Source: Bacteroidales bacterium (GTDB lineage: Bacteria > Bacteroidota > Bacteroidia > Bacteroidales > VadinHA17). Taken from it: a stretch of 62,544 bases of DNA. This document shows, piece by piece, positions 27,537 through 37,210 of the stretch (its first letter is position 1; each line of letters begins with the position of its first letter). Under the pieces are notes generated by a model. That model searched no databases. It saw only the letters and a list, made by a program, of their open reading frames with translations, and was not told where the DNA came from. Location: assembly GCA_034004335.1 (NCBI GenBank), contig JAVEWX010000002.1, positions 1 through 62,544 on the forward strand, written 5' to 3'. The translations under genes were made by a program, and so were the position numbers.

Positions 27537-28496
27537 ATGAACAGCAAAATTGCGGTCGTTGCACTAGGTGGCAACGCACTTCTGCGCGGTGATCAGATTG
27601 GAACCATAGAGGAGCAGGAGGCCAATACTACGGCTACCCTTGAGAACCTTGTATTCCTGTTGCGCGAGGGATATGAGCTAGTTTTAACTCATGGCAACGG
27701 GCCGCAGGTTGGTAATATATTAATGAGAAATGATGCTGGCGAGCACATGTACGGAATTGCGCAGATGCCTCTTGACATCTGTGTGGCTGACTCACAGGGG
27801 GGAATAGGATATATGATTGAAAGGATGTTAAGGAATGTCCTTAACCGGCATGGAATAGAGAAGAACGTTGTATGTCTGATAACCCAGGTGCTTGTTGATA
27901 AGGATGATCCTGCTTTTTCCGATCCCCAGAAGCGGGTAGGAAAGATCTATTCGAAGGGGGAAGCTGACGAACTGGCAGCGGCCAAAGGATGGATATTCAG
28001 GGAGGAGGTTAAAGCCGAGGGTGGTTACAGGAGGGTTGTACCATCACCGGTTCCGACAGGCATTATGAACGAAACAATCATTTCCGATCTGGTAAGGGCA
28101 GGCAATATAGTCATTGCGGCCGGCGGGGGAGGAGTGCCGGTTTACATCGATGAAAACAATGATGTCAGGCCTTCGGAGGCCGTTATCGACAAGGATATGG
28201 CATCATCACTCCTCGCAACGAGAATAGGGGCCGATGAATTTTATATCCTTACTGACGTACCATATATATATATTAACTACAAAAAACCGGATCAGGAGAT
28301 AAAGGAATTCCTGAATTACGCCGATGCACTCAGGTACCTTAATGAGGGTCATTTTGCAAAAGGCAGTATGGCCCCGAAGATCCAGGCCTGTCTGAACTTC
28401 ATAAAAAGCGGGGGCAGGAAGAGTGTCATCACTGAAGCCTTCAAGCTCGAGGATAAGAAATACGGATCGAAGATTACGATGGAGTATGAAGACTAG
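27537..28496 (+). CDS. arcC: Carbamate kinase
   Basis: VVALGGNAL and THGNGPQVG motifs, ~319 aa. Confidence 0.9.
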   Translation: MNSKIAVVALGGNALLRGDQIGTIEEQEANTTATLENLVFLLREGYELVLTHGNGPQVGNILMRNDAGEHMYGIAQMPLDICVADSQGGIGYMIERMLRNVLNRHGIEKNVVCLITQVLVDKDDPAFSDPQKRVGKIYSKGEADELAAAKGWIFREEVKAEGGYRRVVPSPVPTGIMNETIISDLVRAGNIVIAAGGGGVPVYIDENNDVRPSEAVIDKDMASSLLATRIGADEFYILTDVPYIYINYKKPDQEIKEFLNYADALRYLNEGHFAKGSMAPKIQACLNFIKSGGRKSVITEAFKLEDKKYGSKITMEYED

Positions 28497-28497
28497 G

Positions 28498-28637
28498 GAT
28501 TTCAGATGTCAGATTAACGATTTAAGATATCGTATTTGAAATACGAAAGAACGAAGAACGAAGAACAAAAAACGCTAAACCCTTCACCCTAAAAGCGGAA
28601 CCAGTAACCAGCAACCCTTTAATAACCACATAACACC
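28498..28637. repeat. Heptanucleotide mosaic element, locus E
   Basis: Exactly 20 in-register heptads between the arcC stop and the argF ATG: GATTTCA GATGTCA GATTAAC GATTTAA GATATCG TATTTGA AATACGA (AAGAACG)x2 AAGAACA AAAAACG CTAAACC CTTCACC CTAAAAG CGGAACC AGTAACC AGCAACC CTTTAAT AACCACA TAACACC. Confidence 0.9.
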
Positions 28638-29639
28638 ATGGGATACAATTTACGTAACAGGCATTTTCTGAAGCTTCTCGACTTCACTCCGGAGGAGATA
28701 AAGTTTTTTCTTGATCTTTCAAAAGACCTTAAGAAGGCCAAATATGGCGGGTATGAGCAGCAGAGGCTGACAGGCAGGAATATTGCCCTCATCTTCGAAA
28801 AGACATCTACCCGCACCAGGTGTGCCTTTGAGGTAGCTGCTTTTGACCAGGGAGCTCATGTGACCTATCTCGGTCCGAGTGGCTCACAGATTGGTCATAA
28901 GGAATCGATGAAGGACACCGCAAGGGTTCTCGGAAGGATGTATGACGGGATAGAATACAGAGGGTACGGACAGGAAATCGTTGAGGAATTGGCCCGGTAT
29001 GCGGGTGTGCCGGTATGGAACGGGCTGACCAATGAGTTTCATCCCACCCAGATTCTGGCTGACTTCTTGACCATGATGGAACATACGGACAAGCCGCTGA
29101 AGGATGTAAGTTTCTGTTATCTTGGCGATGCCCGCAACAACATGGGTAACAGCCTTATGGTTGGTGCCGCCAAGATGGGAATGGATTTCAGGGCTGCTGC
29201 TCCGGAGAAATGCCAGCCTTCAAGGGATCTGGTTGACAAGTGCAGGGAGATTGCCCTTTCGACAGGAGCCAGGATAACAATTACTGACAATGTAAAGGAG
29301 GCAGTTAAAGGGGTCGACTTCCTTTATACCGACGTTTGGGTCTCAATGGGAGAGGCTGACTCGGTATGGGAAGAGCGGATCAGGTTACTTAAGCCCTACC
29401 AGGTGAACTTGGACGTCATTAAGATGACGGGTAACCCCGGAGTAAAATTCCTTCATTGCCTTCCTGCATTTCACAATCGCGAGACGAAGATGGGGGAGGA
29501 GATCTACCGTAAGTTCGGGCTTGATGGCATGGAGGTAACAGAAGATGTGTTCGAATCGGCACACTCAATTGTCTTTGACCAGGCGGAGAACAGGATGCAT
29601 ACAATAAAAGCAGTTATGGTAGCAACCCTGGGTAGCTGA
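28638..29639 (+). CDS. argF: Ornithine carbamoyltransferase
   Basis: STRTR, HPTQ and HCLPAFH motifs. Classical OTCase length (333 aa). Adjacent to carbamate kinase, which suggests a catabolic role. Confidence 0.85.
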   Translation: MGYNLRNRHFLKLLDFTPEEIKFFLDLSKDLKKAKYGGYEQQRLTGRNIALIFEKTSTRTRCAFEVAAFDQGAHVTYLGPSGSQIGHKESMKDTARVLGRMYDGIEYRGYGQEIVEELARYAGVPVWNGLTNEFHPTQILADFLTMMEHTDKPLKDVSFCYLGDARNNMGNSLMVGAAKMGMDFRAAAPEKCQPSRDLVDKCREIALSTGARITITDNVKEAVKGVDFLYTDVWVSMGEADSVWEERIRLLKPYQVNLDVIKMTGNPGVKFLHCLPAFHNRETKMGEEIYRKFGLDGMEVTEDVFESAHSIVFDQAENRMHTIKAVMVATLGS

Positions 29640-29670
29640 AGGACAGAATAACCTTTCAAACGGATAAATG

Positions 29671-29702
29671 ACGTGGCAGCTTCAGGGCTGCCATGTTTTT
29701 TT
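29671..29702 (+). terminator. Rho-independent terminator after argF
   Basis: ACGTGGCAGC / GCTGCCATGT 10-bp stem (one G-T pair), loop TTCAGG, then T7. Confidence 0.65.
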
Positions 29703-29723
29703 GTGATTGGCAGGACAGTAAAT

Positions 29724-30206
29724 TTAATTTAATATTATCCCCCTGATGAAGTAGAATGTAATTGCGAAAGATGCAGCCAGCTTAAGTCCGACACCTGTCA
29801 TAAAGCCCAGCAGGGAACCAAATCCTGCTTTAAGGGCGTACCTGACATCATCCTTATAGATGAGCTCGCCCACGAAAGCCCCGATAAAAGGTCCTATTAT
29901 GATACCGGCAGGACCAAGGAATAAACCTATTATCAGACCTACCGTTGCACCCCGTGCTCCATATTTTGATCCCCCGAATTTACGGGTTCCCCAGACAGGC
30001 ACTATATAGTCGAGTACTGTTACAACAACAGCTACTATTGCCAGGATGATGAGCACCTGTTTACTGAATTCTGCAAATCGCGAGAAATGAAGCAGAAGCA
30101 ATCCTGCATAGCTTAACGGCGGTCCCGGAAGAACAGGAAGGAGGCATCCGAGGATACCCAGGATAATCAGTGTCACTGCGCCGGCGAATAGGAGATAATC
30201 AGCCAT
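29724..30206 (-). CDS. DUF456 family membrane protein
   Basis: 160 aa, four TM helices, LPVLPGPPL motif. Confidence 0.65.
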   Translation of the reverse strand: MADYLLFAGAVTLIILGILGCLLPVLPGPPLSYAGLLLLHFSRFAEFSKQVLIILAIVAVVVTVLDYIVPVWGTRKFGGSKYGARGATVGLIIGLFLGPAGIIIGPFIGAFVGELIYKDDVRYALKAGFGSLLGFMTGVGLKLAASFAITFYFIRGIILN

Positions 30207-30241
30207 TGGCTGTTATTATAAATATGGAGAAGAGAAAATAG

Positions 30242-30634
30242 TTATTTGTCATCCAGGTCCTCAAATTTGACCTCAGTGAAATTTTCCCCCGTTACTTTAC
30301 CGTTATCCTGAACAGTGGTATCCTTTTCAGGCACACCAGCATCTGTACTCTCCTCCTTGACATGGGTTATTGCCTCATTAAGACCATCGAGGAATTTTTC
30401 TATGTCCTCGTTGTACAGGAATATCTTGTGCTTGAGGTAGAATGGATTGCCGGAGCTGTCAATCTTCCTCTTGCTCTCCGTAATAGTAAGGTATCTGCTG
30501 TTGTCGCGAACCGTTTTCACGTCGAAATAATAGGTGCGCGTTCCTGCCCTGACTATTTTTGTAAAGACCTCCTCCTGCCAGTTGCCGTTCCTTGCAACAG
30601 AGCCTTCTTCCTTCTTTTCCTGTGATTCTGTCAT
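30242..30634 (-). CDS. DUF3276 / PUR-like nucleic-acid-binding protein
   Basis: RAGTRTYYFDVKTVRDNSRYLTITESKRK and KIFLYNEDIEKF blocks typical of the Bacteroidota PUR-like family. Confidence 0.65.
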   Translation of the reverse strand: MTESQEKKEEGSVARNGNWQEEVFTKIVRAGTRTYYFDVKTVRDNSRYLTITESKRKIDSSGNPFYLKHKIFLYNEDIEKFLDGLNEAITHVKEESTDAGVPEKDTTVQDNGKVTGENFTEVKFEDLDDK

Positions 30635-30758
30635 CAGTGGTTAGTTTCTTTAGGTTTTAGGTATGTCAAAAATAGAAATAATTTAATCAAATCAAAACAA
30701 TGGCGTTACTGAAGGCTATTAATTGGACAGGCAGTTGAACAGGTAAGATTTATTTCCT

Positions 30759-30766
30759 TATTTTTG
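30759..30766 (+). promoter_or_regulatory. Candidate -7 promoter box (TAnnTTTG) for the nusB operon
   Basis: TATTTTTG, 26 nt upstream of ATG 30793. Confidence 0.4.
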
Positions 30767-30792
30767 CACCCTGTATCACGGCTCTTTTACAG

Positions 30793-31749
30793 ATGATAAG
30801 CAGAAGGTTATTGAGAATAAAGACTCTTCAGGCGCTCTACGCATTCAACAGAAAGGAGGGAGACGATCTGGTTCCTGCCGAGAGAGAACTTAACGTGAGC
30901 GTCAATAAGGCTTATGATCTTTACCTGTACATGTTGATCATGTTTGTTGAACTGGCTTCTGTTGCTGAAAAGAGGATCGAAACCGGTCTTCAGAAAAAAG
31001 TTCCGCAATGGGAGGACCTTAATCCCAACAGACGATTCGTCAATAACCGGATAATAAAGAAACTTGTTGATAGTGAGGAGCTTTGGAAGCTAACCTCAGA
31101 AAGGGTTGTGACATGGAACGGGTACAGTGAAATCCCAAGGGTCCTTTTCAGCCGGATCACGGAGTGGAGTCTCTACAATGAGTACATCACCTCACCGGAA
31201 GACAATATAATAGCCGACAGGAAGTTCCTCAACAATCTCCTGCAATGGCTGCTTACCGGATCGGAGGACCTCTTGTTGCATCTTGAGGAGAGAAGCATTT
31301 ACTGGAACGATGATCTTGATTATGCCATAATGATGGTGGAAAAAACCTTCAGGAAGATTACTGAAGCCGGGGATGATGAAATAAAGATACTCCCGTTGTA
31401 CAAGAATACCGAAGATGAGGAGTTCGCGATCGTTCTTTTAAGGAATTCGCTGCTCAGGGACCGGGACTTGAAAAAGCTCATTGACAGCAACACCACAAAC
31501 TGGGAGATAGAACGTATAGCCCTGATGGATACTCTGGTAATGCAGCTTGCCATAGCTGAAATCATATCATTCCCCGAGATCCCGGTAAGGGTAACGCTGA
31601 ATGAGTACATAGAGATAGCCAAATACTACAGTACATCGAAAAGCAGTACTTTTATCAACGGTATTCTCGACAAGGTTGTCAGGGAGATGAGATCGGGGAA
31701 TATGTTTGAGAAAACCGGACGCGGACTTATAGGTGAGACAGAGAAATAA
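30793..31749 (+). CDS. nusB: Transcription antitermination factor NusB (long Bacteroidota form)
   Basis: N-terminus RRLLRIKTLQALYAF. C-terminal NusB block EYIEIAKYYSTSKSSTFINGILD. Confidence 0.8.
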   Translation: MISRRLLRIKTLQALYAFNRKEGDDLVPAERELNVSVNKAYDLYLYMLIMFVELASVAEKRIETGLQKKVPQWEDLNPNRRFVNNRIIKKLVDSEELWKLTSERVVTWNGYSEIPRVLFSRITEWSLYNEYITSPEDNIIADRKFLNNLLQWLLTGSEDLLLHLEERSIYWNDDLDYAIMMVEKTFRKITEAGDDEIKILPLYKNTEDEEFAIVLLRNSLLRDRDLKKLIDSNTTNWEIERIALMDTLVMQLAIAEIISFPEIPVRVTLNEYIEIAKYYSTSKSSTFINGILDKVVREMRSGNMFEKTGRGLIGETEK

Positions 31750-31762
31750 TACTGCATATAAC

Positions 31763-32206
31763 ATGAAATCGGTTATACATAACATCAGCCTGCAAGCTCT
31801 TATTCTGATGATCATCGTGGCTTCATCATGCAGGGGAGGAGGAACCGGTACTGCAGAAGCCGGTATTCAGGACGATGATTCCACCTCCGTGCCGGAGATC
31901 ACCTTCAACACCCTTGCTCACGACTTTGGCGTTATTACAGAGGGGGAGAAGGTAGCTTACGTTTTTACATTTACCAACAGCGGCTCCGGGAGCCTTGTGA
32001 TCAACTCTGCAACGACGAGCTGCGGGTGCACGGTCCCTCAATACAGCAGGAAACCTGTACTGCCGGGAGGAAAAGGCACCCTCGAGGTGGTGTTCAATAC
32101 CTCAGGATATAAAGGCATGCAGACCAAGACAATAACAGTCCAGTCGAATGCCATGACCCCTGTAATCGTCCTGGCTATCAAGGCCGACATAAAAAGCGAA
32201 AACTGA
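31763..32206 (+). CDS. DUF1573 domain lipoprotein
   Basis: Signal peptide plus lipobox (IIVASSC) from ATG 31763. DUF1573 core FDFG..SCGCT (HDFGVITEGE..TTSCGCTVP). Confidence 0.75.
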   Translation: MKSVIHNISLQALILMIIVASSCRGGGTGTAEAGIQDDDSTSVPEITFNTLAHDFGVITEGEKVAYVFTFTNSGSGSLVINSATTSCGCTVPQYSRKPVLPGGKGTLEVVFNTSGYKGMQTKTITVQSNAMTPVIVLAIKADIKSEN

Positions 32207-32230
32207 ATTAACCAATAAAAATAAAATAAA

Positions 32231-32554
32231 ATGGGAAATCTTAATTTATTCTATTTCATGGCTCAGCCTTCGGAAGATGCGAATCCGCTTATGACCTTTT
32301 TGCCTCTTATACTGCTGTTTGTGATCTTTTATTTCTTTTTGATACGTCCGCAGGTGAGGAAACAGAAAGAACTGTCGAATTACAGGAGTTCCCTGCAGAA
32401 GGGCGATAAAATTGTTACAACTGGAGGTATCTACGGTAAGATTGTTGAAATAAAGGATAACGTAGTAACCGTTGATGTTGGCTCCGAAGTAAGGATGAAA
32501 ATAGACAAGAGCGCCATACTCAAGGATCCTACCGACATTCAGCAGAAACAATAA
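32231..32554 (+). CDS. yajC: Preprotein translocase subunit YajC
   Basis: Single TM helix followed by IRPQVRKQKE..LQKGDKIVTTGGIYGKIVEI. Confidence 0.85.
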   Translation: MGNLNLFYFMAQPSEDANPLMTFLPLILLFVIFYFFLIRPQVRKQKELSNYRSSLQKGDKIVTTGGIYGKIVEIKDNVVTVDVGSEVRMKIDKSAILKDPTDIQQKQ

Positions 32555-32561
32555 CCCTGGC

Positions 32562-33572
32562 ATGGGGGACAGGAAACATGAATCCGGCATCGGGCAAAGC
32601 CTTCTGTCGCGAAGAAAACACAGCGACAGGGATATTATTGTGTTCGGATTCTTCCTGGTACTATCCTTCATTTTCTGGTATCTGAATGGTCTCAGTAAGG
32701 AAATTGAGAACCATCTGAAATATCCGGTAAGGTATATTAATCCTCCCCGCGAAATGGTTCTGGTTGGTAATATGCCTTCGCGACTTGAGATGCTGCTGAG
32801 CGGACCCGGGTACTCACTTCTGAAGCTTAGACTTTCAGGCAGCAGGGCACCCGTTGTCATCGACATGTCGAGACTGGATTACAGACCTGTTCCGGGTTCA
32901 GCCCCCGATGACTATTATGTACTTACATCTGACCTGGCGGATAATTTTCACAGGCAGATGAGAGCAGATTTCCTGATACTTGACATTGATCCCGATACCC
33001 TCAAGTTTGTGTTTGATCGTCTGGGTTCAAAAAAGGTGCCGGTAGTTGCTGATATAGAGGTGGTCACGGATAAGGAGTTCTTTGTCAAGGATCGGGTTCT
33101 TACCAACCCCGACAGCGTTACCATTACCGGCCCTTTACCTGTAATCGACACTGTCAGGTTTGTCAGTACCAGGAACAGGAGATTTACCGGTATCAACCGT
33201 CCCTTTACCAGCAACATCCAGCTCGCGGGTTCCCGTGATTATACGATGTCGGAGAAGAGGGTTTCGGTTACGGTAGATGTGGAACAATATACCGAAGCCA
33301 GGATCGATTTGAGGGTAAGACTTATCAATCAGCCTGATTCACTTGATCTTAAGCTTTTCCCCGATGAAGTTGACGTGAGGCTTCAGGTAGCCGTGTCGGA
33401 CTATAACGGGGTATTTGAGTCGAATATGCAGGCTGTGATTGATCTGGCAGAAATAAATATTGAAGGGCTGGAAAAGTTGCCGGTCACAATTATCAATGTT
33501 CCACCCTTTGTCAGAGCGTTGATGTACTCTCCCCAGGAGCTTGATTACCTGATTGAAACCAGGCAAAGATGA
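32562..33572 (+). CDS. YbbR-like domain protein (CdaR family)
   Basis: N-terminal TM helix and repeated YbbR-type beta domains. Conserved nusB-DUF1573-yajC-ybbR-coaE order. Confidence 0.6.
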   Translation: MGDRKHESGIGQSLLSRRKHSDRDIIVFGFFLVLSFIFWYLNGLSKEIENHLKYPVRYINPPREMVLVGNMPSRLEMLLSGPGYSLLKLRLSGSRAPVVIDMSRLDYRPVPGSAPDDYYVLTSDLADNFHRQMRADFLILDIDPDTLKFVFDRLGSKKVPVVADIEVVTDKEFFVKDRVLTNPDSVTITGPLPVIDTVRFVSTRNRRFTGINRPFTSNIQLAGSRDYTMSEKRVSVTVDVEQYTEARIDLRVRLINQPDSLDLKLFPDEVDVRLQVAVSDYNGVFESNMQAVIDLAEINIEGLEKLPVTIINVPPFVRALMYSPQELDYLIETRQR

Positions 33573-34165
33573 GGGTAGGTGTTACCGGAGGAATAGGTAG
33601 CGGAAAGAGTTCCGTATGCAGGATGTTCAGCACCCTCGGAATACCTGTATTTGACGCTGATCTGGAAGCCAGAAAGATAATCGATGGTGATCAGGATGTG
33701 TTGAAAGAGCTTTCTGAGATAGCGGGACTGGACCTGCTGGCCTCAGGTGTACTCGACAGGAGGCTTCTGGCCTCACTCATTTTCAACGATCCCGTTAAGC
33801 TTGAGAAGGTTAATACACTGATCCATCCACTTGTTTTTGATGCATTTGAATCATGGTGCCTTCATTGCAGGGCTCCCTATGTAATACTCGATGCGGCTAT
33901 TCTGTTCGAAAGCGGTGCAGACAGGCTTGTTGACAGAACCATAACCGTGATTGCCCCCCGGAATGAGAGAATTGAGAGGGTAGTTGCAAGAAGTGGTCTC
34001 TCACCGGCCGAAGTGGAAGCCAGGGTCAGAAACCAGTATACCCAGGAACAACTGATGAGCAGGTCTGACTTCATAATCGACAACAGCGAACGGAAAATGA
34101 TAATACCGGCAGTCCTGGATATTCACACCAGGCTCCTGGCTGAATCGGCTAATATATCAAGATGA
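33569..34165 (+). CDS. coaE: Dephospho-CoA kinase
   Basis: P-loop [12 protein letters not shown]. The start overlaps the ybbR-like stop (ATGA). Confidence 0.9.
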   Translation: MRVGVTGGIGSGKSSVCRMFSTLGIPVFDADLEARKIIDGDQDVLKELSEIAGLDLLASGVLDRRLLASLIFNDPVKLEKVNTLIHPLVFDAFESWCLHCRAPYVILDAAILFESGADRLVDRTITVIAPRNERIERVVARSGLSPAEVEARVRNQYTQEQLMSRSDFIIDNSERKMIIPAVLDIHTRLLAESANISR

Positions 34166-34890
34166 GCAGTATGGCCAGATGGATAGGAGGCGGGCTAGGC
34201 TGGCTCGCGGGGGGGCCACTGGGTGCCCTGCTCGGATTTATTATAGGGTCGGTAATTGACAGGACAAGGATCGACACAGTACCATATGGGCACGGAACGG
34301 ATCGAACGACCCCGGGAGCATTCGGCATGAGCCTGCTGGTACTGGTGGCAGCCGTTATGAAGGCCGATGGCAGGGTCGTTAAGTCTGAACTCGACTATGT
34401 AAAGAATTTCTTCGTAAGGCAGTTCGGTACTGAAGGTGCGGGAGAGGCCCTGCACCTGCTGAGGGACATTCTCGATCAGGATATACCGGTCAGGGATGTT
34501 TGTCTGCAGATAGCTTCCAATATGGATTACTCCTCAAGGCTGCAGTTACTGCACATGCTGTATGGAATATCGGCAGCAGACGGTCGCCACGATGCCTCCG
34601 AGCTAAAGATGATTGATGCCATTGCAGGTTACCTGGGAATAAGGGAAGCTGATCAGGTCTCAATCCGCAGCATGTTTGTATCCGAAACCGATTCGCTCTA
34701 CAAAATTCTGGAGATAGATCGTAATGCCACTGACGAGGAGGTGAAGAGGGCTTACAGGAGAATGGCAATGAAGTATCATCCCGATAAGGTCAGCCATCTT
34801 GGTGAAGATTTCAGGAAAGCTGCCGATGAGAAGTTCAAAAAGGTTAATGAAGCCTATAAAAAGATAAAATCAGAGCGAAATATGGTATAA
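34162..34890 (+). CDS. DjlA-like co-chaperone (TerB-like domain plus C-terminal J domain)
   Basis: N-terminal TM helix, TerB-like middle, J domain [30 protein letters not shown]. Confidence 0.7.
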   Translation: MSSMARWIGGGLGWLAGGPLGALLGFIIGSVIDRTRIDTVPYGHGTDRTTPGAFGMSLLVLVAAVMKADGRVVKSELDYVKNFFVRQFGTEGAGEALHLLRDILDQDIPVRDVCLQIASNMDYSSRLQLLHMLYGISAADGRHDASELKMIDAIAGYLGIREADQVSIRSMFVSETDSLYKILEIDRNATDEEVKRAYRRMAMKYHPDKVSHLGEDFRKAADEKFKKVNEAYKKIKSERNMV

Positions 34891-34959
34891 TAATGCCATT
34901 GTCAAATGCTATTTGCAGTTTCTTGATTATTTTTGTGTTCCACCAAACAACAGAGTGAT

Positions 34960-35523
34960 ATGAATTTAAAGGATCTACTGGCCATTTCCGGAGAGAGCGG
35001 GCTGTTCCGTTTTGTAGCCCAGGGCAGGAATGCCATCATTGTTGAGCATCTTGATACTGGAAAGAGACAGACGGCGTCTTCTACGGCCAGGGTCAGTTCA
35101 TTGGAGGATATATCAATCTTCACCGATAGCGAGGAGATAAAACTCAGCCTGGTTTTTGACAGGATATGGGATAAAGAGAGGGGAGGAACCGCGCCCGATC
35201 CCAAGAAGGCTTCCCCTGATATCCTTGACAGCTACTTCTCAGAAGTGGTGCCGGAATATGACAAGGAAAGGGTTTATCCTTCAGACATTAAAAAGGTCCT
35301 GATGTGGTATAATACCCTTCACAGGCTAAACCTGCTCGTAAAGGAGGAGGAGAGTGCTGAAAAAGATCCGGAACAGGAAACGCACAGGCCGGAAACCAAG
35401 GCTGAAACACCGCCTGAACCCAAAAGACCCGTCAAAGTCCCGGAGAAGAAGAAAACTGTGAAAAAGGCGACAGTCACCCCGGCTAAAAAACGCATGACCA
35501 CAGCACCGAGGAAGCAGGGCTGA
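34960..35523 (+). CDS. DUF5606 family protein with Lys/Pro/Glu-rich C-terminal tail
   Basis: MNLKDLLAISGESGLFRFVAQGRNAIIVEHL.. matches the conserved Bacteroidota family. A TATTTTTG box lies at 34928-34935. Confidence 0.6.
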   Translation: MNLKDLLAISGESGLFRFVAQGRNAIIVEHLDTGKRQTASSTARVSSLEDISIFTDSEEIKLSLVFDRIWDKERGGTAPDPKKASPDILDSYFSEVVPEYDKERVYPSDIKKVLMWYNTLHRLNLLVKEEESAEKDPEQETHRPETKAETPPEPKRPVKVPEKKKTVKKATVTPAKKRMTTAPRKQG

Positions 35524-35629
35524 GGAGGTTTTAGTTAAATTTAGTTAAGCTGGAATAGGCTTGCCCCAGGAAAGGTCTAATAGCTGTAAATTTACATAAG
35601 CTAATACTCCGGCCTTTATCCATATCCCA

Positions 35630-37057
35630 ATGTGTCGTGCCCTTGCAATCTGTTTCGGGAGACCCTTCCCGGTAACCTGTGATGCCGGTTCAAAGGCTGA
35701 CAGGCTTATTATTGCAGGGTTTCTTCTTGTAATCCTGTTTTTCGCCCGTAGCACTCAACTGACAGCGCAGGTCTCTGTCAGACCCGCCCCTGCACTGGGT
35801 TTCGAAGATCGAATTGCAGCATATGTCGACACCGTGAGAATTGTAGACTGCCATGAACATCTTGCTGATCCCAGATTTGTCAGGTACCTCAGCTTTCTTG
35901 ATTTCATGCTTCTTCTGCATCAGTTCAACTACAATGATCTTATTTCAGCAGGTCTTCCAAAAAGACATTTCGACAGGCTCTTTACACAGAGAACAACCCC
36001 GGTGACAAAATGGGACCTGATAGAACCCTATTGGCAAACCTCATTCAATACATCATACAACAGGATATCAATTATTGCAGCCCAGAGGATCTACAATGTG
36101 GATGACATTAACCGCAGGACGGTAGATACGCTCTCCCGTCGAATTGCCAGGGCATACCAGGATCCTGACTGGACTAACAGGGTATTGAAAGATATGTCGG
36201 GCATTGACTATATAATCCAGGATGGCGATGAGATCCTTACCGACATAGATAATGTACTGTACGTTAAAAGATTCACGGAATGGTTGAGTGTCAGGTCAAG
36301 GGGCAGAATAGACTCACTGGCCAGGAGACAGGGGAACCCGATAGGGACTCTTGAAGAATTCGTGGCGTCAATGGAGAATGAATTCATGGTGGCATTAAAG
36401 CGAGGGATTGTCGGCGTCAAGATAAACATGGCCTACTACAGAACTCTCCATGTTGACAATGTTTCCATAGACGAGGCGCGAAGGGTTTTCAGAAGCCTGA
36501 GAAACGGAGGTGACAGATATGTGCTTACATGGCAGGAGGCTAAACCGTTGCAGGACTATATGTTTCTCGAGCTTGTCAAGCTATCCAGGGACAATCGCAT
36601 GCCGGTAGTAATACATACGGGACTCCAATCGGGTAATGGCAACATCCTTGAGAACTCAAATCCATTGCTGCTGGCTAATATTTTCCTTCGATTTCCGGAA
36701 GTCAGGTTCGGGCTGTTCCATGGCAGTTATCCCTTTGGGGGAGAGGTATCGAGCCTGGCCAAAAACTTCCCTAACGTGTATATTGATCTTAACTGGATGT
36801 ATGCAATCTCACCCTCCTACAGTGAGCGATATCTCAACGAATGGCTGGAGACCGTTCCGGTGGGAAAAATTATGGGATTCGGGGGCGATTCGCGGATTGC
36901 TGAAAATGTTTATGGAGGAGTTGAGGTTGCCAGGGAAATAATAACCAATGTCCTTGTGGAAAAGGTCAGAGATGGATATTTCTCGGAACAGGAGGCAATT
37001 ACTGTTGCCAGGATGATACTTCGCGACAACGCGATAAAATTCTACAACATCCGGTAA
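35630..37057 (+). CDS. Amidohydrolase-superfamily metal-dependent hydrolase with N-terminal signal/anchor
   Basis: VDCHEHL metal-binding motif, VIHTG, TIM-barrel hydrolase length. Substrate unknown. Confidence 0.55.
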   Translation: MCRALAICFGRPFPVTCDAGSKADRLIIAGFLLVILFFARSTQLTAQVSVRPAPALGFEDRIAAYVDTVRIVDCHEHLADPRFVRYLSFLDFMLLLHQFNYNDLISAGLPKRHFDRLFTQRTTPVTKWDLIEPYWQTSFNTSYNRISIIAAQRIYNVDDINRRTVDTLSRRIARAYQDPDWTNRVLKDMSGIDYIIQDGDEILTDIDNVLYVKRFTEWLSVRSRGRIDSLARRQGNPIGTLEEFVASMENEFMVALKRGIVGVKINMAYYRTLHVDNVSIDEARRVFRSLRNGGDRYVLTWQEAKPLQDYMFLELVKLSRDNRMPVVIHTGLQSGNGNILENSNPLLLANIFLRFPEVRFGLFHGSYPFGGEVSSLAKNFPNVYIDLNWMYAISPSYSERYLNEWLETVPVGKIMGFGGDSRIAENVYGGVEVAREIITNVLVEKVRDGYFSEQEAITVARMILRDNAIKFYNIR

Positions 37058-37180
37058 CAGGCCTGGAAGCGGGTTACGGCCCTGCACATTTTCCCTTGTT
37101 TATACCCCGATTAATGCCGGGAAATCTTCAGAATCGTGAATTCGGTCACCTTAGAATCATTGCCCAATTTTGAATTATGT

Positions 37181-37188
37181 TAATTTTG
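37181..37188 (+). promoter_or_regulatory. Candidate -7 promoter box (TAnnTTTG) for speB
   Basis: TAATTTTG, 22 nt upstream of ATG 37211. Confidence 0.35.
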
Positions 37189-37210
37189 ATGCGGATAAAC
37201 TGCACCCGGA

